64,000 nucleotides of DNA from Lama glama (Eukaryota). Positions within the stretch are counted from its first letter, which is position 1, and each line of letters starts with the position of its first letter. The translations under genes and the position numbers were made by a program. The notes beneath the pieces were generated by a model. It searched no databases, had not been told where the DNA came from, and saw only the letters and a program-made list of their open reading frames with translations. This document shows, piece after piece, positions 50,830 through 64,000 of this stretch. The DNA lies in contig CM052818.1 of NCBI GenBank assembly GCA_028534125.1, forward strand, positions 30,320,001 to 30,384,000, written 5' to 3'.

Positions 50830-53800
50830 AAGAGACAGAGAGAGCACGCGCTTTGTAGCCTGTTGTATTCCCTTAACCATAAATCTTATAACAAGTACAA
50901 CTTTCGGTTGAAATGCTGGGGATTAGGAATCCTGCTGGAAGATTTCCTGTGTAATTAATAGTCTTAAATGGCTAACTGGATGTACTGATTAGCTTTTCCT
51001 ATATGAGATAGATGGTATTGAATTTTTATAGCATTTATCTAAAGTAAACATTAGTAAATATTAATAAAAATGTCATGCATGTCTGATCAAATCAAATTAT
51101 TTTTACATTTTTAGTAGTTTAACAACCAGTATTTCTCCAACTTTTTTTAGTTCAAAATTTAAAATGTTATTATGAATGAACCAGGAGGACTCTAGCATAT
51201 TCTAGATTATGAGAGAGAGTTGAAAACGGAATGGAAATGTCCTGTTCAGAGAGAAAATGTATTTACTATCTAAAATTCTATCTAATATGGACAACATTGA
51301 CAATAAAATTAGGTTGAAAACAAAAAAACACAAATAGAGATTAAATTGTGAAATAAAACACTCAGTTTATATGTTAGGAATTTTGGAGGAAGCATAGCGT
51401 TTGGAATGTAAGAATATGAAGTAAAGGGTAGTTCTGTAATCAAGGAGACAAGAAGTGAAAGAGAAGGAAGCCTCCTTTGTAATTAATCTGAGGCACTTGG
51501 AGGATTTATGGTGCTATAGTTTGGTCCACTAACAGAACAGAAACCAATGACCACAAGGTTTGCTTCCAAGAGATGGAAATCTGCTGATATTGTTAGGGTA
51601 GCAGGCAGTGTAAGATGAAGAGACTTGCATGTCAGGAGATCAGCATGAGAGTTCTGAGCAGAGTTGGTGATCCCAGAGTAAAAGCTGTTTGCAGTTAGCC
51701 CTGCCCGGGTATAGGCAGCCCTGGGCCCCTTCTTGTTAATTGAAGCCACACAACTCAAGTCTACAGATGCATCCTATTGCCAAGTGATACTTGACAAGAC
51801 GAGATACCTGACAAGACGAGATACCTGGAACCGTTTAAATGAGGTGAGGTGGTTTCATGGGTTGGCTGAGGGGAAGCTATTTAAGGTTTATAGGAAGAAA
51901 TAAAATAATTGTCAATGAAGTGCTTTTATTTGTCGGGTTTAAGCTTGATACTTTCTTGTATACTCTGATTTAGGCTTTTTTAGTTAAGCTTTCGTGGGGG
52001 TGGGGGAGTCAGTTCTGAAGTTTTATTAAGCACATCAGTGATGCTCTTGAATGTGGCTTTTGTACCAGAGATTGAGGCACACAGGGAAGACTCCTGAATC
52101 TTGGTTGGTAATTATGAGTTTGGTTCCTGTTATCTAATCATCCTGGTCAATCTCTCATTCTTCTGAGGCCTCAGATGACTCTCCAAGATAATATTTGAGA
52201 ATAGAGGTCAGAACAATAATTTCATAATAACTATTTTGGGAACATACATAAACAGCAAACCAGAATTTTAAAACCTTCTGCTAAACACTAACACACATTA
52301 AAAAAATCAAGTTTTAGTAAGGAATTATATTTCTATTAAAAGTAGTTACTATTGATTGCCAGATGACTGGGATCTATTAATATTAACATCTCTTTACATG
52401 GCAGTTTAATTTAGTGAAATTGTGCTGATAACTACAGAACAACTTAGTATTCATTATTGTTTCCGTCTTCCTTTATAGAATGAAGTCCTGCGTTGTCCTA
52501 TGTTTATACATACCTTTCTTCCCATTGTAAAAATACTTAGTTACTAAAAAAAGGATTAGAATGTATAGAGATGACCAAAATAAGAAACAAGTAGCCATAA
52601 TTTGACAACCAGAAATAACTGCTGACAAAAATATTGGTTTTATATTGTTGACTAAGTTAGGTTGTTTTGCCTAAATACAATATTCTTTCCAAAGATTTTT
52701 AACTTAAATTTTTAATGAATTTTAACTAAAACAGTATGAGTGAGATCCCTGAAGTGCATGTGCAGCTAGCAGCAAGTGGCTTAGCTTTCTTTGGGATAGG
52801 AGTATCAGGCCTAGTTACTGTTGTTGTTGTTGCTTTGGTTTTTTTTTTTTTAAATGGAAGTATAGTTGATTTATAGTACTGTGTTAGTTTTAATGGTGAA
52901 CAAGTATGAGAGAAAAAGATTGTAAGTACCGTACTTTACTCGAAAGAAGGGGGTCTGTTGGGAACTTTAATGATAAATCACCAAATCACCAGTAGTAGTA
53001 ACTAACATGGCTTGGTGATTGGTAAGTTTATTAAAGTAAGTCTCCACTTAAGCAAGACACAGGAGTGTACTTTTTATAAACTGGGAATATAATGTATAAA
53101 CTGGCAATGAAGGGATGATATTAGAAGAGGAGCTAACTGCGCATGGAGTAGAACATCCCTGCAGTTCAGAGGCAGACCAGCATTGCCATTTATTAGCTGT
53201 ATGAACTTGAGGAGACTTTGTTTTTTAAATTTCTTTGTAAGCTGGAGATAATAACTGTATCACATGATTACTGTGACAGTTAACCAAGAAGAACATTTTT
53301 AAGGAACTCAGTACTGTGCCTGTCACATTGTAGGTATGCTGTAAATTCTGGTTTTTCTGTCCTAGTTTGCACTTCTTTCTTCCATATTATTGCCTCCTTT
53401 TAAATTGAACATCAAGTATATCTAAAGTAGCTGAAAACTGTGTGCTTTTGTTACCTGCTTCATGGTATTTGCTTAACATATTTTTTCTTTGTTGAAATAA
53501 AAAAATTTGGTCTGGTCTTTTTCTGAACTTACCAGATGACAGTTACTGATGTTCAAATTGAGGTTTACTTTTCATTCTGAATTACTTTAAACCAAAGTAA
53601 CTTTGGTTGTTATATCCCCATTTATTATAATTATTGATTATTAATCACACATGTTTTAAATTATATTTTATTTATCATCAGGGTAGAATATAATCATGTT
53701 CATGCTTGTATTCTGCTGCAGCAAACAAGATTGTTAGAAAGACTATAATTAATAAATGTTTAAAAGTTGCTTTTATGTCCTTAGATGAAAGCTATGCTAC

Positions 53801-56800
53801 CATTACGAAATGCTACTATATTTAACTATCACTCTCCTTTTTAACTTGAAATATTGGCTTGAGTTCTATAGAACTAGCTATAGGATTGTTAACTTGTAAT
53901 ACATGTTTAATGTGAATGTGTGGAGAAAATCTTAGAAACTGTTTATCTTCCAAACAATGCACTCTCAGATTCACATTGTTTGCTATCTATTTGGGTAAAA
54001 TTCCAAAAGCATACCTGAGTGTTGACTTTCCCATGACATTAGTAGAAGGTTTTCTTTGTTGGGAGGTATAAAAATATGATTGCTATTGCCTAAGGTTATA
54101 TTTCATAAAGTGAGTGCATTGATGTATATGAGGCATTGGAGACTCCGAATTGGGAAGCCTAGAGATGATGAAAAAGGAGGCAGTAATAGCTGCTTTCAGT
54201 TATTCTTGGAGTGGTTTTTATTTGATGTCTCCGTTTTCTTGTAACTCATCTTGTTTATAATTACTGTAAATGCAAATTTTACCCCCAACCTCTGAAAACT
54301 AATTGCTCTAATGTTACTGATTTCTCATAATCACCAAATACATTGATTGGTATTTTTTCTATTCTCATCATGCTCATTCAATATAGATCATTGGATTCTG
54401 CTTAATCTTCTTGAAGATCTTACCCCTTTGCCTTCCTTGTACTGTATTTTCCACTCTATCTCTTGGGCTGCACCTCTTTTCCATCTCTCATTGTCTCGAC
54501 TTCTTACTTATATACCCCAGTGTCTGTATTCTTTAAGACTCAAATTTTTAAAGTTAGTGTCGTCATCCTCTGTCTGTGCACACTCAGGTGGTTCCTATCC
54601 ATTCTCTTGTCTTTTGCCACCTTAATTAAGTGACTCTGAAATCTGTTTCTGTCCTTAATCCTATTTTGTCTGCACTTTATACTCTTATTCTTTACCAGTT
54701 GGATATCTGTACCTAGTTGCTTAATTATCTTCTGTTACTTTCAGTGTGTTCAAGTGAAAGTCTTCATCTTGGAACAAACTTTATGAGCCTTAATTCTGTC
54801 ACTGGTAGTGGTACTATCACTTGTCTAGCTCTGAAGTTTCGTCAACATTCTTTCATTTACATCCCTCCAGTTTATTTAGGCACAGAGTTCTGTATTCTAA
54901 TTTTGCTGAACACAATTTGGGAAATGCTGGCTTGTAGAATTAAAGTTGGCTGAGTGGTTATCTGTCTATCCATTGAACTGGCCTAAGTGTAGAGGTTTTG
55001 GGGAGGGAATTTTTGTTTCTTTAATAGTTTGTGTGTGCGTGTGTGTGTGTGTGGTGACTGTGGTTTAAAAGAAAGTGCCAGTGGCATTTTCTAAGGTCTT
55101 TTAAAGGTGCTAGTGCCTGAGCATGGCTGAGGCTCTCAGAATTTTTCTAGTATGATCTCCTGGGAATGGGAGAGGTTCTCCTTGGGTTTAAACCCAAGTA
55201 TTCTTCAATCTGGGCAGTTTTTACACTAACACATTTGTTTCAGTGTTTGGCAGTTTAGCGAAAACAGTTCAAAGGGATATGGAAAGGGTTTGGCAGAGTG
55301 GAAGTACACAATATACCTCAGCTTCCATGTTTAACCATGTCCCTTAGTTTCCAAACTTAGATTTTCCCCTAAATTATCAATCTCAGAACTCCTTGGAAAG
55401 CCTTTTATCTTGATAGCTGTTAGGATCGACTTTTTCTTTTCTGCATGTCTGATACCTGGCATGCCCATCTCTCAGTCTACATTAGGTGTGTTTTCTTGGC
55501 TAGTTATCAAGGAAGAACTTGCTGAGATTCTTTTGTTTGCATCTTATGGTTGCAAAATCAAAAACATAATTCTTTAGATGGATGAGCTGGCACATGCAGT
55601 ACCAACGCTTAGTGAAAGAAGGAAACAGGCCTCAAACATGCCACAACAAAAGTACAAAAATGAAAATTGCATTAGATTATAGTTAATTACTTCATAAAGC
55701 ATTCTGATTTCTCTAGGTTGTCTGTTACACGATTGCTGAAGAAGTTAGTGAAGAATACCTCGAGTCCTTGATAGAACCCCCCCAAATATTGAAAGGATTA
55801 TATTTTGTTCAATGGGGAAGAATTATAAAGAAAGATATTAATAAAGAATTTAACGTTCTCTTTTCTGGATCATTCTTTTCTAGAATGTTTCTGCATTCTC
55901 TGATTCTATCTACCAGAAATTCAGTGATGGATATTACACCTTTATGGAAGGGAAGTAAAAGGGAGAAATCCCTTCCTGGTAACAGGGAAGTCTTGTTAGA
56001 TTGTTCCATATGTATCCCAGTACTCTAGTATATATTTTATTAATCAAATAGCAGTTCTCAGCAGCTTGGTTTTACTTGTTTTAACCTAGATTATTGACGT
56101 AGGTATTGTCTTAGGTTTAACGGTGATTTGTTGTTTGTTGGGTTTAGTTTTTATAAGCTTTCTTTCCATGTCAATAATGTCATTAAACCTATGTCTGCAG
56201 CATCATGGTATTTTAGGACTGCACCATCTTTTTTTACACTTAGTGTTTGGATAGGTAGTACATGTGCATGGTGCAAAATACAAAAGATACCAACAGTATA
56301 CAGTGAAAAGTAAAGTTTTCCTCTACTCTTAGTTTCCTTGTCAGGATGGAACTATTATTAATTTCTTTTGTGTTTGTCCAGAGGAATTCTACATAAATAC
56401 AAACCAGCACGTAGTCATATATAATATATATGCATACCCCAAAATGGCAACAAACTGTATCTTCTGTACCATGCTTACTTTTTCCCCTCAATTAAGAATT
56501 CTTCCATAGATTGTCATAAAATTTTGCCTCATTGTTTTCTAGTTGCTGAAATTCTATTTTATGGATCTACCATAATTTGTTTAACTAATTTCTTCTTTGC
56601 TGGATGCTTAGATTGTTTCAAATCTTTGGTTATATCAGTTTACATATATGTACTCATATTACATGTTACATTTGACGTAGTCCACTGGGCCTGATCCACT
56701 TTTTTTGATCAAACTCTGCAAGTGAAAACTCTTAGAGAAGAAAAAAAAAATCTGTATTATCTGTATTACATAGAATAGGGTGAAAATGTGGTAATGTCTA

Positions 56801-57504
56801 CAAATCTGTTTTGTGGTAAAAATATATGAAAAGTGAAAATTCTAATTTTTTATCCTAAATGTTTATTTTTTATTTTGTTTTGTTTTTTAATTTAAGTATA
56901 GTCAGTTTACCATGTTGTGTCAATTTCTGGTGTACAGCATAATGCTTCAGTCATACATGTATTAAACTTTCATTTTTTAGCAATTGCCTGAGAAGTAGTT
57001 CCTTGTGTGAGAAGTGTTATCCTATTCCTGATTCTTTCCAATAAGGCAAACTTGTTTTATTTTTCCACAAATTATGTTTTTGAATTTGGTACCAAATTAT
57101 CCAGATTCGCTAGTATCAGCTGACTGGTTGTAACCCAAAGAAACATTAAAAAAAAGTTAGCTGCAATTGGAAGAAAATAATGATTCCTGGTTAGATAAGT
57201 ATTGTGGACCCAACTTTAAGTTTGGGCCACTTTAGGTTGTTGCTTTTTGTGCCCCAGATTCATCTCTCCCCACTAGAGTACTTGAACCCTGTATTAGAGG
57301 ATAAATATGGTGTATCTTCTTGAAGCCTCCATTTAAACTGCAAATAGGAGCATGGGAGTTTAGAAATTACTACAGATACTGTATTGTCATTTAGTCTATT
57401 GCATTCCTATGAATTTTTGTACTGAAACAGAAGATTTAAAAGAACTGAGTTTGTTTATCACCCAGTTTCTTCCTTCCCTCTTTTTTTTTCTTTCTTGCAA
57501 AATA

Positions 57505-57725
57505 ATTTTTTAAAATTGAAATATGGTCAGTTTATAATATGTCAATTTCTGATGTACAGCATAATGTTTCAGTCATACATAAACCTACATATATTTGTTT
57601 TCATATTCTTTTTCATTATAGGTTACTACAAGATACTGAATACAGTTCCTTGTGCTATACAGAAGAAACTTGTTTATCTATTTTATATATAATAGTATTT
57701 GCAAATCTATCCCCTCCTCACCCAT
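57505..57725 (-). mobile_element. Lineage-specific L1 3' end
   Basis: Same 3'UTR family as 7666-7963, in reverse orientation. Confidence 0.7.
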
Positions 57726-60129
57726 TTTCTTTGAATCTGAGTTCCTTTTCCTTTGTCATTAGGGTTATTTGAGGAAAAGCAGAAGAGGCATTGGTTGAAG
57801 TGAGAGGCTCAAAAGACTTAAAAATAAACTTAATGTAAATTTTAAGAACCAGTGGATCACTTATGGCTTCAGAGTAGTTGGGAGGTAAAAATTCTGCATT
57901 TACATATTGCTGACTTAAAGATGATGTGATTTGTTTATGTATTGAAAATCTTTACTTATAATCCATCCAAAAGTCTATTAGCTGCATTGATCCGTATATT
58001 CATTCATGTAACATGTGCCCATGAACTCCTTTATGGCAGTGGCCTCATGTTTTAGTGTGTATCACAGTCACCTGGAGAGCTTGTTAAAAACTTGTTAAAA
58101 ACTCCAGGTTTCCATCCCTAGAGATTGTGATGACCTAACAATCTCTTTTTAAAATAAACACATCAGATGATTCTGGTCTGTAGACTACTTTTTGACTATT
58201 ATAGGAAAAAGATTATGATTGCTAAAAGGTTGACAAATCATACCCCATTAGTTAAAAAGATTTAGTGGCAGGAGAATATAAGATTCTTCAGAATTGTAAG
58301 TAATTTAAAATAGTAGCATAATATAGCGTAATAGAGTTGGTTATGAAATTGACTTGTCTACTGTAAAGGCCAATAGATAGTAGTTGTTTGCTAAACATTA
58401 GTAATGGATAACTTATGACTGGCACTAATACTCATCATGTTGCTATTCCATGGTCTAAATAGAAAATACGTATCTTAAAAGTCAAAATACATTTCTCTTA
58501 GACATTAAAATTGCTTTGATTGAAGAAATAGAATATTTTGAAATGCCAAATATAATTGAGATCAGGCATTAAATTTTCATTTTTATCAAACAAGGGATGA
58601 ATTAAACTACTTAACCTTTTAAAATATTATTTTGAGAGTGGTAAGGGTGTGGTGAAATAGGCATTGTTCATGCATGGTGCAATTTTGGATAACATTTTGA
58701 ATATATGTATTGAAATCTTAAAAAGATTTATATTGATTTACATAGTAATTCCATTTCTGAGAATCTCAAAAGGAGATAACTTAAACTATGGGGATAGAGA
58801 TACATATTACAGAATTATTTTATAGTACCACAAAAAATTGGAAAGAGCCTAAACATCTTATATTAATGTGTAAGGAAACAGTGATCCATTTACACAAGTA
58901 AATATTATGGAGTCATAAAATATCTTTAAAAAATTTATGATAAAGGGGAATGCTATAATGTTATGTAGATAAGAGCAGGTTACAGAATTGTGTATTATTT
59001 TTAAGAGAATGAAATTTGGAAAATACTAATTTTGGTCATTTTTGTAATTGTGGAATTGTTTTTCCCCCTTAATATGCATTCCCCCAATTTTCTGTACTGA
59101 GCGTATTTTTTTAATAATGAAAAAGTAGCAAGCCAAAATCAATGTCTTGATCTTAAAAAAGAGTTTAGGTAAGATGCTATAGCCAGGCACTCTCAAGGGA
59201 TTTAGTGGCATTAGTTAATAGGGATAGAGAATTTGTTCATAAACAAAGAATAGGAGTAGGAATAGAGACTCCAAATTAATAGACTGTTTAAGGGATCAAT
59301 ACTAAACCTATTTTCAGATTACAGTTTTGTAAATGACCTGGAGGGAGAAATAGACTGTGATCCTCCAAATCTGCAGCCTTTTTAGTTATGAAATGCCAAT
59401 GGAGTTGGTATTAATTATATGAAAATTTTGAGAGACTTGTATACAAAGTGGATGGAAAAGTAGCAATGATTTCCAGTTGGTCAATATGAGTTGGTTGGTA
59501 CGCACTAACGACTGCTCGTTTGGATAGTTAGTTGCACCTATGATTTGTATTCTGAACTACAGAATTTAGTCAGAAATACAAATAAGTTCTTATAATGTTT
59601 AAATAAATCAGTGGGTAATAAGGAAGTCAAGATATTTGCATTTGGCCTAACACTTTGAGGTTTGTATCAAGGAGAACAATAGTGTTCTTCACAGCAAGGT
59701 TTTTTGTTTGTTTGGTTTAATGCAGTATTGCTCTGGATGGGTTTTGGGTCATATTCAGTGTGACAATTCTTGTGTTCTTGTGTTCCCAAGGGCATATTAT
59801 TTTCTGTGTAGGGAGTCTTGTCATAGATACATAAGAACAAACAGCATCCCTTGAGATGTATTTAAAATAAGGCACTTAGTTTTATAAATAGCATAGCAAT
59901 AAATTCCAAGTATGTAGTCACAGTATGGCATCAATAATGAGAGAAAGGATTTATGGAGAACTGAAATGTTATTTTTTTAGATTAAATAAGATTATTATAG
60001 TTGGTAAGCCTTCTCAGAAACACTGTTCATTGCAGTGAAATGTGGTTCCCAAAAGCTGGTCTTCAACAAAATTTTTCACTGTTCTGCTTTGAAATAAATG
60101 TCAGAACATTGTGATGAGTGTGGTTTCAT

Positions 60130-60520
60130 AGTACTGCTATATTTCTTCAATTTTAAAATGTACATTTCCCCACATTTGAACATTTCTGAAATTGAGATGT
60201 GTTTTTACAATCAGTGGCATCTTAAAATCATTGTCAGTTGTGAAATAGTTGTAACTGCCTTTATATACTTGAACTCAATAATTAATCCTGCTAGTATAGT
60301 TAGACAGTAGCAACCCATTGATGTTTCAGTTAACATACCATTTAAGGACCATTTATGGAAGAGGTGACCATGCCTGGGTTGTCTTCTGAAACCTGTAAGT
60401 TGCATCTTCTGGTGATATCTTTTCATAAGATCAGGAAAGGTATGGCATCAAGACTTGGGCATTATGTGTCAGTTGCTTGGAGAGACCCAAGGCGATAGAA
60501 TTAAGGTACAATGAAGGTAT
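60130..60520 (+). mobile_element. Tc2/pogo-type DNA transposon fossil (Kanga/MER104-like)
   Basis: MER104-like terminus, and a translation from 60311 of QPIDVSVNIPFKDHLWK matching the pogo/Tc2 QPLD..N.PFK transposase motif. Confidence 0.65.
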
Positions 60521-61384
60521 CACTTAAAGAAGATAATTAAAACAGTTGTAGCAGTTGGTTATTCTTTACCTTACCTATATGAAATAGTTTGACCAACACT
60601 GGAAGGCTTCTCCAACCAAAAATGTCTTTCCTACTGGGTTGTCCTGGTGTCTGAAATTTTCATCTTTTAGCCATTCATTGGATTTAGGGTGTTGACAGTT
60701 TTAAGTGCCATGATATCAGGTATCACTCTTTTGTATTGCTATAACTCCAGCATCCCTCCCATTTCCTGGCAAATAAGTAGCTGTCCCATAAATATTTATT
60801 CAGTTAACAAATGAAAGGAAATTAAAACATGATTGGTCATAGTTAACCTTATGATGTCACAGCTTATAAAATAACTAGTAGAAAATGAAGCTGTATGGTA
60901 ATTGAAACACAGCTCAGATAAAATTCTAGGAAAGGTAAGTGATAGAACTAGAATGGAGAATGATTTTCAGACTTTTTGAAGAGTATTCTTTCCCCTTTTT
61001 AATGAACCTACTTCATGTCAGAAAGTACAGAATATTGTGCAGGACCGTAGTTGTTCTTTATAACATGTTGATTGATAAAATATATGATTAAAAAAGGTGA
61101 AGGAAATTTCACCAGTTCTTTTAAATGAATATGAATTTCTTAGTCTGTAATTGATCATATGTTTTTCTAGACATTTATTTTATCTCTAGATAAAGTTCAG
61201 TATGCATATAAATTTGTGGAGTCCTTGGGGTCTCAGGCCCTTTTTTGCTTGGCAGCCATTGATCTGGACTTGATACTTGAGTGTGGTTTGTAGGCCAGCA
61301 AACATTGCTGTCACCTGGGGAGCATATTAGAAATGCAGGATCTCAGGCCCTGCTCCAGACCTCCAGAATCATAACTAGCATCTA

Positions 61385-61921
61385 CTAAGAAAGAAAACAA
61401 CTTTATTTTTGAATAAGCATTAAGTTAGAATATGATGCATGCCACCTGCAATAAGCATAAATTATAAATAGTGTTCAAGTAAGAGGACTTAATAGCAGCA
61501 TTTGTCACACACAGTTCATCCTGAATTCCCTTGGTAATTGAGGTGATCATATGTATTAGTTAATCGGTTTATCCAAAGGAAAAATAAACATATTTTTATG
61601 ACAGGCGGCAGTTTTGCAACTTACGGCTGGCCCTCTGAAGTTAGGCTCCTAACCTCCCACAGAAACTGGCATGATGGAGTGCTGTCTCCCTTGTTGATCC
61701 ACATTTCAGAGATGGCTGTGGGTCTTTGAGAAAGGTGGTCCCGGGTTACTGGTTAGAGGCTTTTTTTTTTTAGCTTTTAAAAAGATATACATACATTTCA
61801 AAGAGAAAGAATTTACAATTACAAATTTTGTAAAGAAAATGCTAAGAAAAGTGTGTGTAGGATGTCTCCTCTCTTATTGTTTATAGGGAGAATTAAATCT
61901 CTTATTTTTATTTGCCCTTAA
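61385..61921 (-). mobile_element. ERV1-class solo LTR relic (MER92-like) next to a MER5A fragment
   Basis: Ends ...GGGAGAATTAAATCTCTTATTTTTATTTGCCCTTA. Subfamily assignment is from memory. Confidence 0.45.
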
Positions 61922-62861
61922 ACTGATGAGTAACTTGATCCTGCTGCTTCAGTAGGCAGTTTATCAGTGTTCTAGTAAAATTGAAGATGTGCGTAATCTA
62001 TGATCCAGCACTTTTACTTTTAGATAGATTCCAGAGAAGCTCTTTAACACATGTTCATGAGAGACTTGAAGCATTGTATAATAACAGTGAAGCATTGGAA
62101 ACAACCATAATGTCTGTAAACCAGAAAATGAGTGGATAAATTTGGGTATACTCATACATTACAGTACTATACAGCATTGATAATGAGTAAATTAGAGCTA
62201 CATCTATCAATATGAATTTTTAAAAATAATGTGACTAAAACAAGTTGCAGAAGAACATGTATATTTATATAACATGTAAAAACATACAGAACAAAATAAT
62301 TTTATCTGTGATTATATATATTAGTAAATGTACAATGCAGCAATGAGCACCAGAATCAGAAAGTGGTTACCTTGGTTACCTTAGGTGGGAGGTACATAAT
62401 CAGGAAGGGATTCAACTGTATCTTTAATAATTTATTTCTTAATAAAGGAAAATCTTAAGTAAATAAGAATGTTAAGATAATTTATTTGAGCAGTCAATCC
62501 ATGGGTGTTTGCCATATTATTATCTAGATTCTTTTGTAATGTTTAAATATTTTATGATTAAAAGTTTTAAAAGAGAGAGAGCCAGAGAAAAGGGGGCCAG
62601 AGAAATGGGTGATAGCTGGGGGGATATCAGTTTGCTAGTATTGCATATTTGCAGGCTAATGGTAATGATCTACTAAAAAGGGCCAAGTTAGTGCAGGAGA
62701 CTGGGACAGTTGTAAGACCAGAGTCCTTTAGTAAGAAAAACAAAGTGGGATCCAGTACAGAATCAATTTGTTTGGCTTTTGATAGGAGCAACGACAATTT
62801 GTTGAAACAGGAGGGAAAGCAGAATAAGTGGTAGGAAGGGGAAGTAGTTCTCTTCTGAATT

Positions 62862-62971
62862 TATGGTGACTAACGTTCAGGTTTGCCTGGAACTGAGGTT
62901 TTCCAGGATGCAGGACTTTCAGTGCTAAAACTGGGAATGTCCTGAGCAAACCAGGATGGTTGGCCATTCTA
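62862..62971. mobile_element. MER81-like hAT-Blackjack MITE
   Basis: GGTGACTAAC..GGTTTGCCTGGAACTGAGG...GGACTTTCAGTGCTAAAACTGGGA..CAAACCAGGATGGTTGG. Confidence 0.6.
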
Positions 62972-63961
62972 CTTCTGCTTGTTTTTCCTTGACGAACTGA
63001 AAAACATGATCTTCTCCTAGGGTAGGAAGGGGATATGGTTTAAGGTAAAAGGACAAGCTATATGAAGTAGTTCTCTGTCTTAAAGATAGGGGACCAAATT
63101 CACTAGGTTGCTGTGGTATGATTTTTGAGCTTTGTTTATTAAGGGTCCACTGAAATTTTATGGGTGTAATTTCAAAGTTCATATGGCTATGTTTCTTTAC
63201 AGTCTCATTCAGCTGTTTAGGTGGAGGTGCTATATTAAGTGGAAGGTTGGTTTTAACAATGATTGGACTGTGACTGAGGAAGAGGAGCAATGGAGGGAGG
63301 CCATAGACAAGGGAATGATTATAGTGATAGACTGTTGCATCTTAGGATGGGGATAAGAAGTGAAGAAGAGAGGATTAAGGACAGTTGGAAAAATGACTCC
63401 AACAAATTTCTAGAAGTGAACTGGAATGATAGGAAGTGAAGATGGTGGGATGCTTGAAATTGAGATTTTTAAGGTGGCGTCATTACTCATTATTGATTTG
63501 ATGATGGGAATAGGGGGCTGGAATGAATGGAAGAAAAGGTCATTGGCGTGTGAATGATCACTCCATGGATGTGATTTTAATGATTAAGGCAGATTTTGGT
63601 GCTCTAAATAATATTCACTCAGTTATTTTCTTTTCATATGCTAATAGTTTACTGTTTCTTATTTTGTTTAATCATTGCCTCAAATTGTAGATTGTATCGT
63701 TCTCAAATGAAGACAGTTGTAAATATATAAGTAAATGGACAAAAGGAGATTTTGTTTAATCATTACTTGTCCTTATCATATGGCATGCTAGTAGAAACTT
63801 TGTAGTTGGTTAAGTTTTAAACATTAACATCCAAAATGATGGTCCACTGCCCATTAAGCTATTTTGGTCACAAATACTTTCAACGAGGACTTCATGGCAT
63901 GTATGGTTAACTGTACTACATTGCTTTGCCAACTCCAGTTTTCCTCCTTCTCTTTTTATAG

Positions 63962-64000
63962 GACCGCAGCTGAATGCACAGCTTGAAGGTTGGCTTTCAC
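63962..64000 (+). CDS. MEMO1: MEMO1 second coding exon, truncated by the window end (G/PQLNAQLEGWLS...)
   Basis: Long pyrimidine tract plus TATAG acceptor (AG at 63960-63961). Continues the phase-1 frame from 19943. Intron 19944-63961 is 44,018 nt. Confidence 0.95.

Noticed and set aside
1..64000. CRISPR array, prokaryotic operon, rRNA/snoRNA/miRNA or numt
   Set aside because: No regularly spaced repeat-spacer array or recognisable RNA-gene or mitochondrial sequence. Small structured RNAs cannot be excluded without an Rfam/Infernal scan.

Overview
Mammalian genomic DNA, most likely a camelid (camel/alpaca/llama), inferred from four vic-1-like tRNA-derived SINEs. There is no prokaryotic content, CRISPR array or genuine RNA gene. 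The + strand carries the complete DPY30 gene: CpG promoter near 3.2 kb, four coding exons (3556-11781) that splice to 99 aa, and a polyA signal at 12038. About 7 kb downstream, in tandem, is the 5' part of MEMO1: CpG island at 19-20.5 kb, coding exon 19883-19943, a 44-kb intron, and the next exon starting at 63962. The MEMO1 intron holds two antisense retrocopies. (1) A full-length TUBA1A processed pseudogene. A 5-nt deletion bypasses its two premature stops and leaves a 473-codon ATG ORF, and its opposite strand forms a candidate MEMO1 poison exon. (2) A decayed replication-dependent histone H2A retrocopy that the ORF track does not show. It keeps the stem-loop and sequence downstream of it and is nested in an L1. 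The rest is ordinary interspersed repeats (L1, L2, MIR, hAT/Tigger/Tc2 fossils, LTRs); subfamily names are from memory and were not searched. I cannot support a wholly new biological system. The best leads are the retrocopy-derived features.
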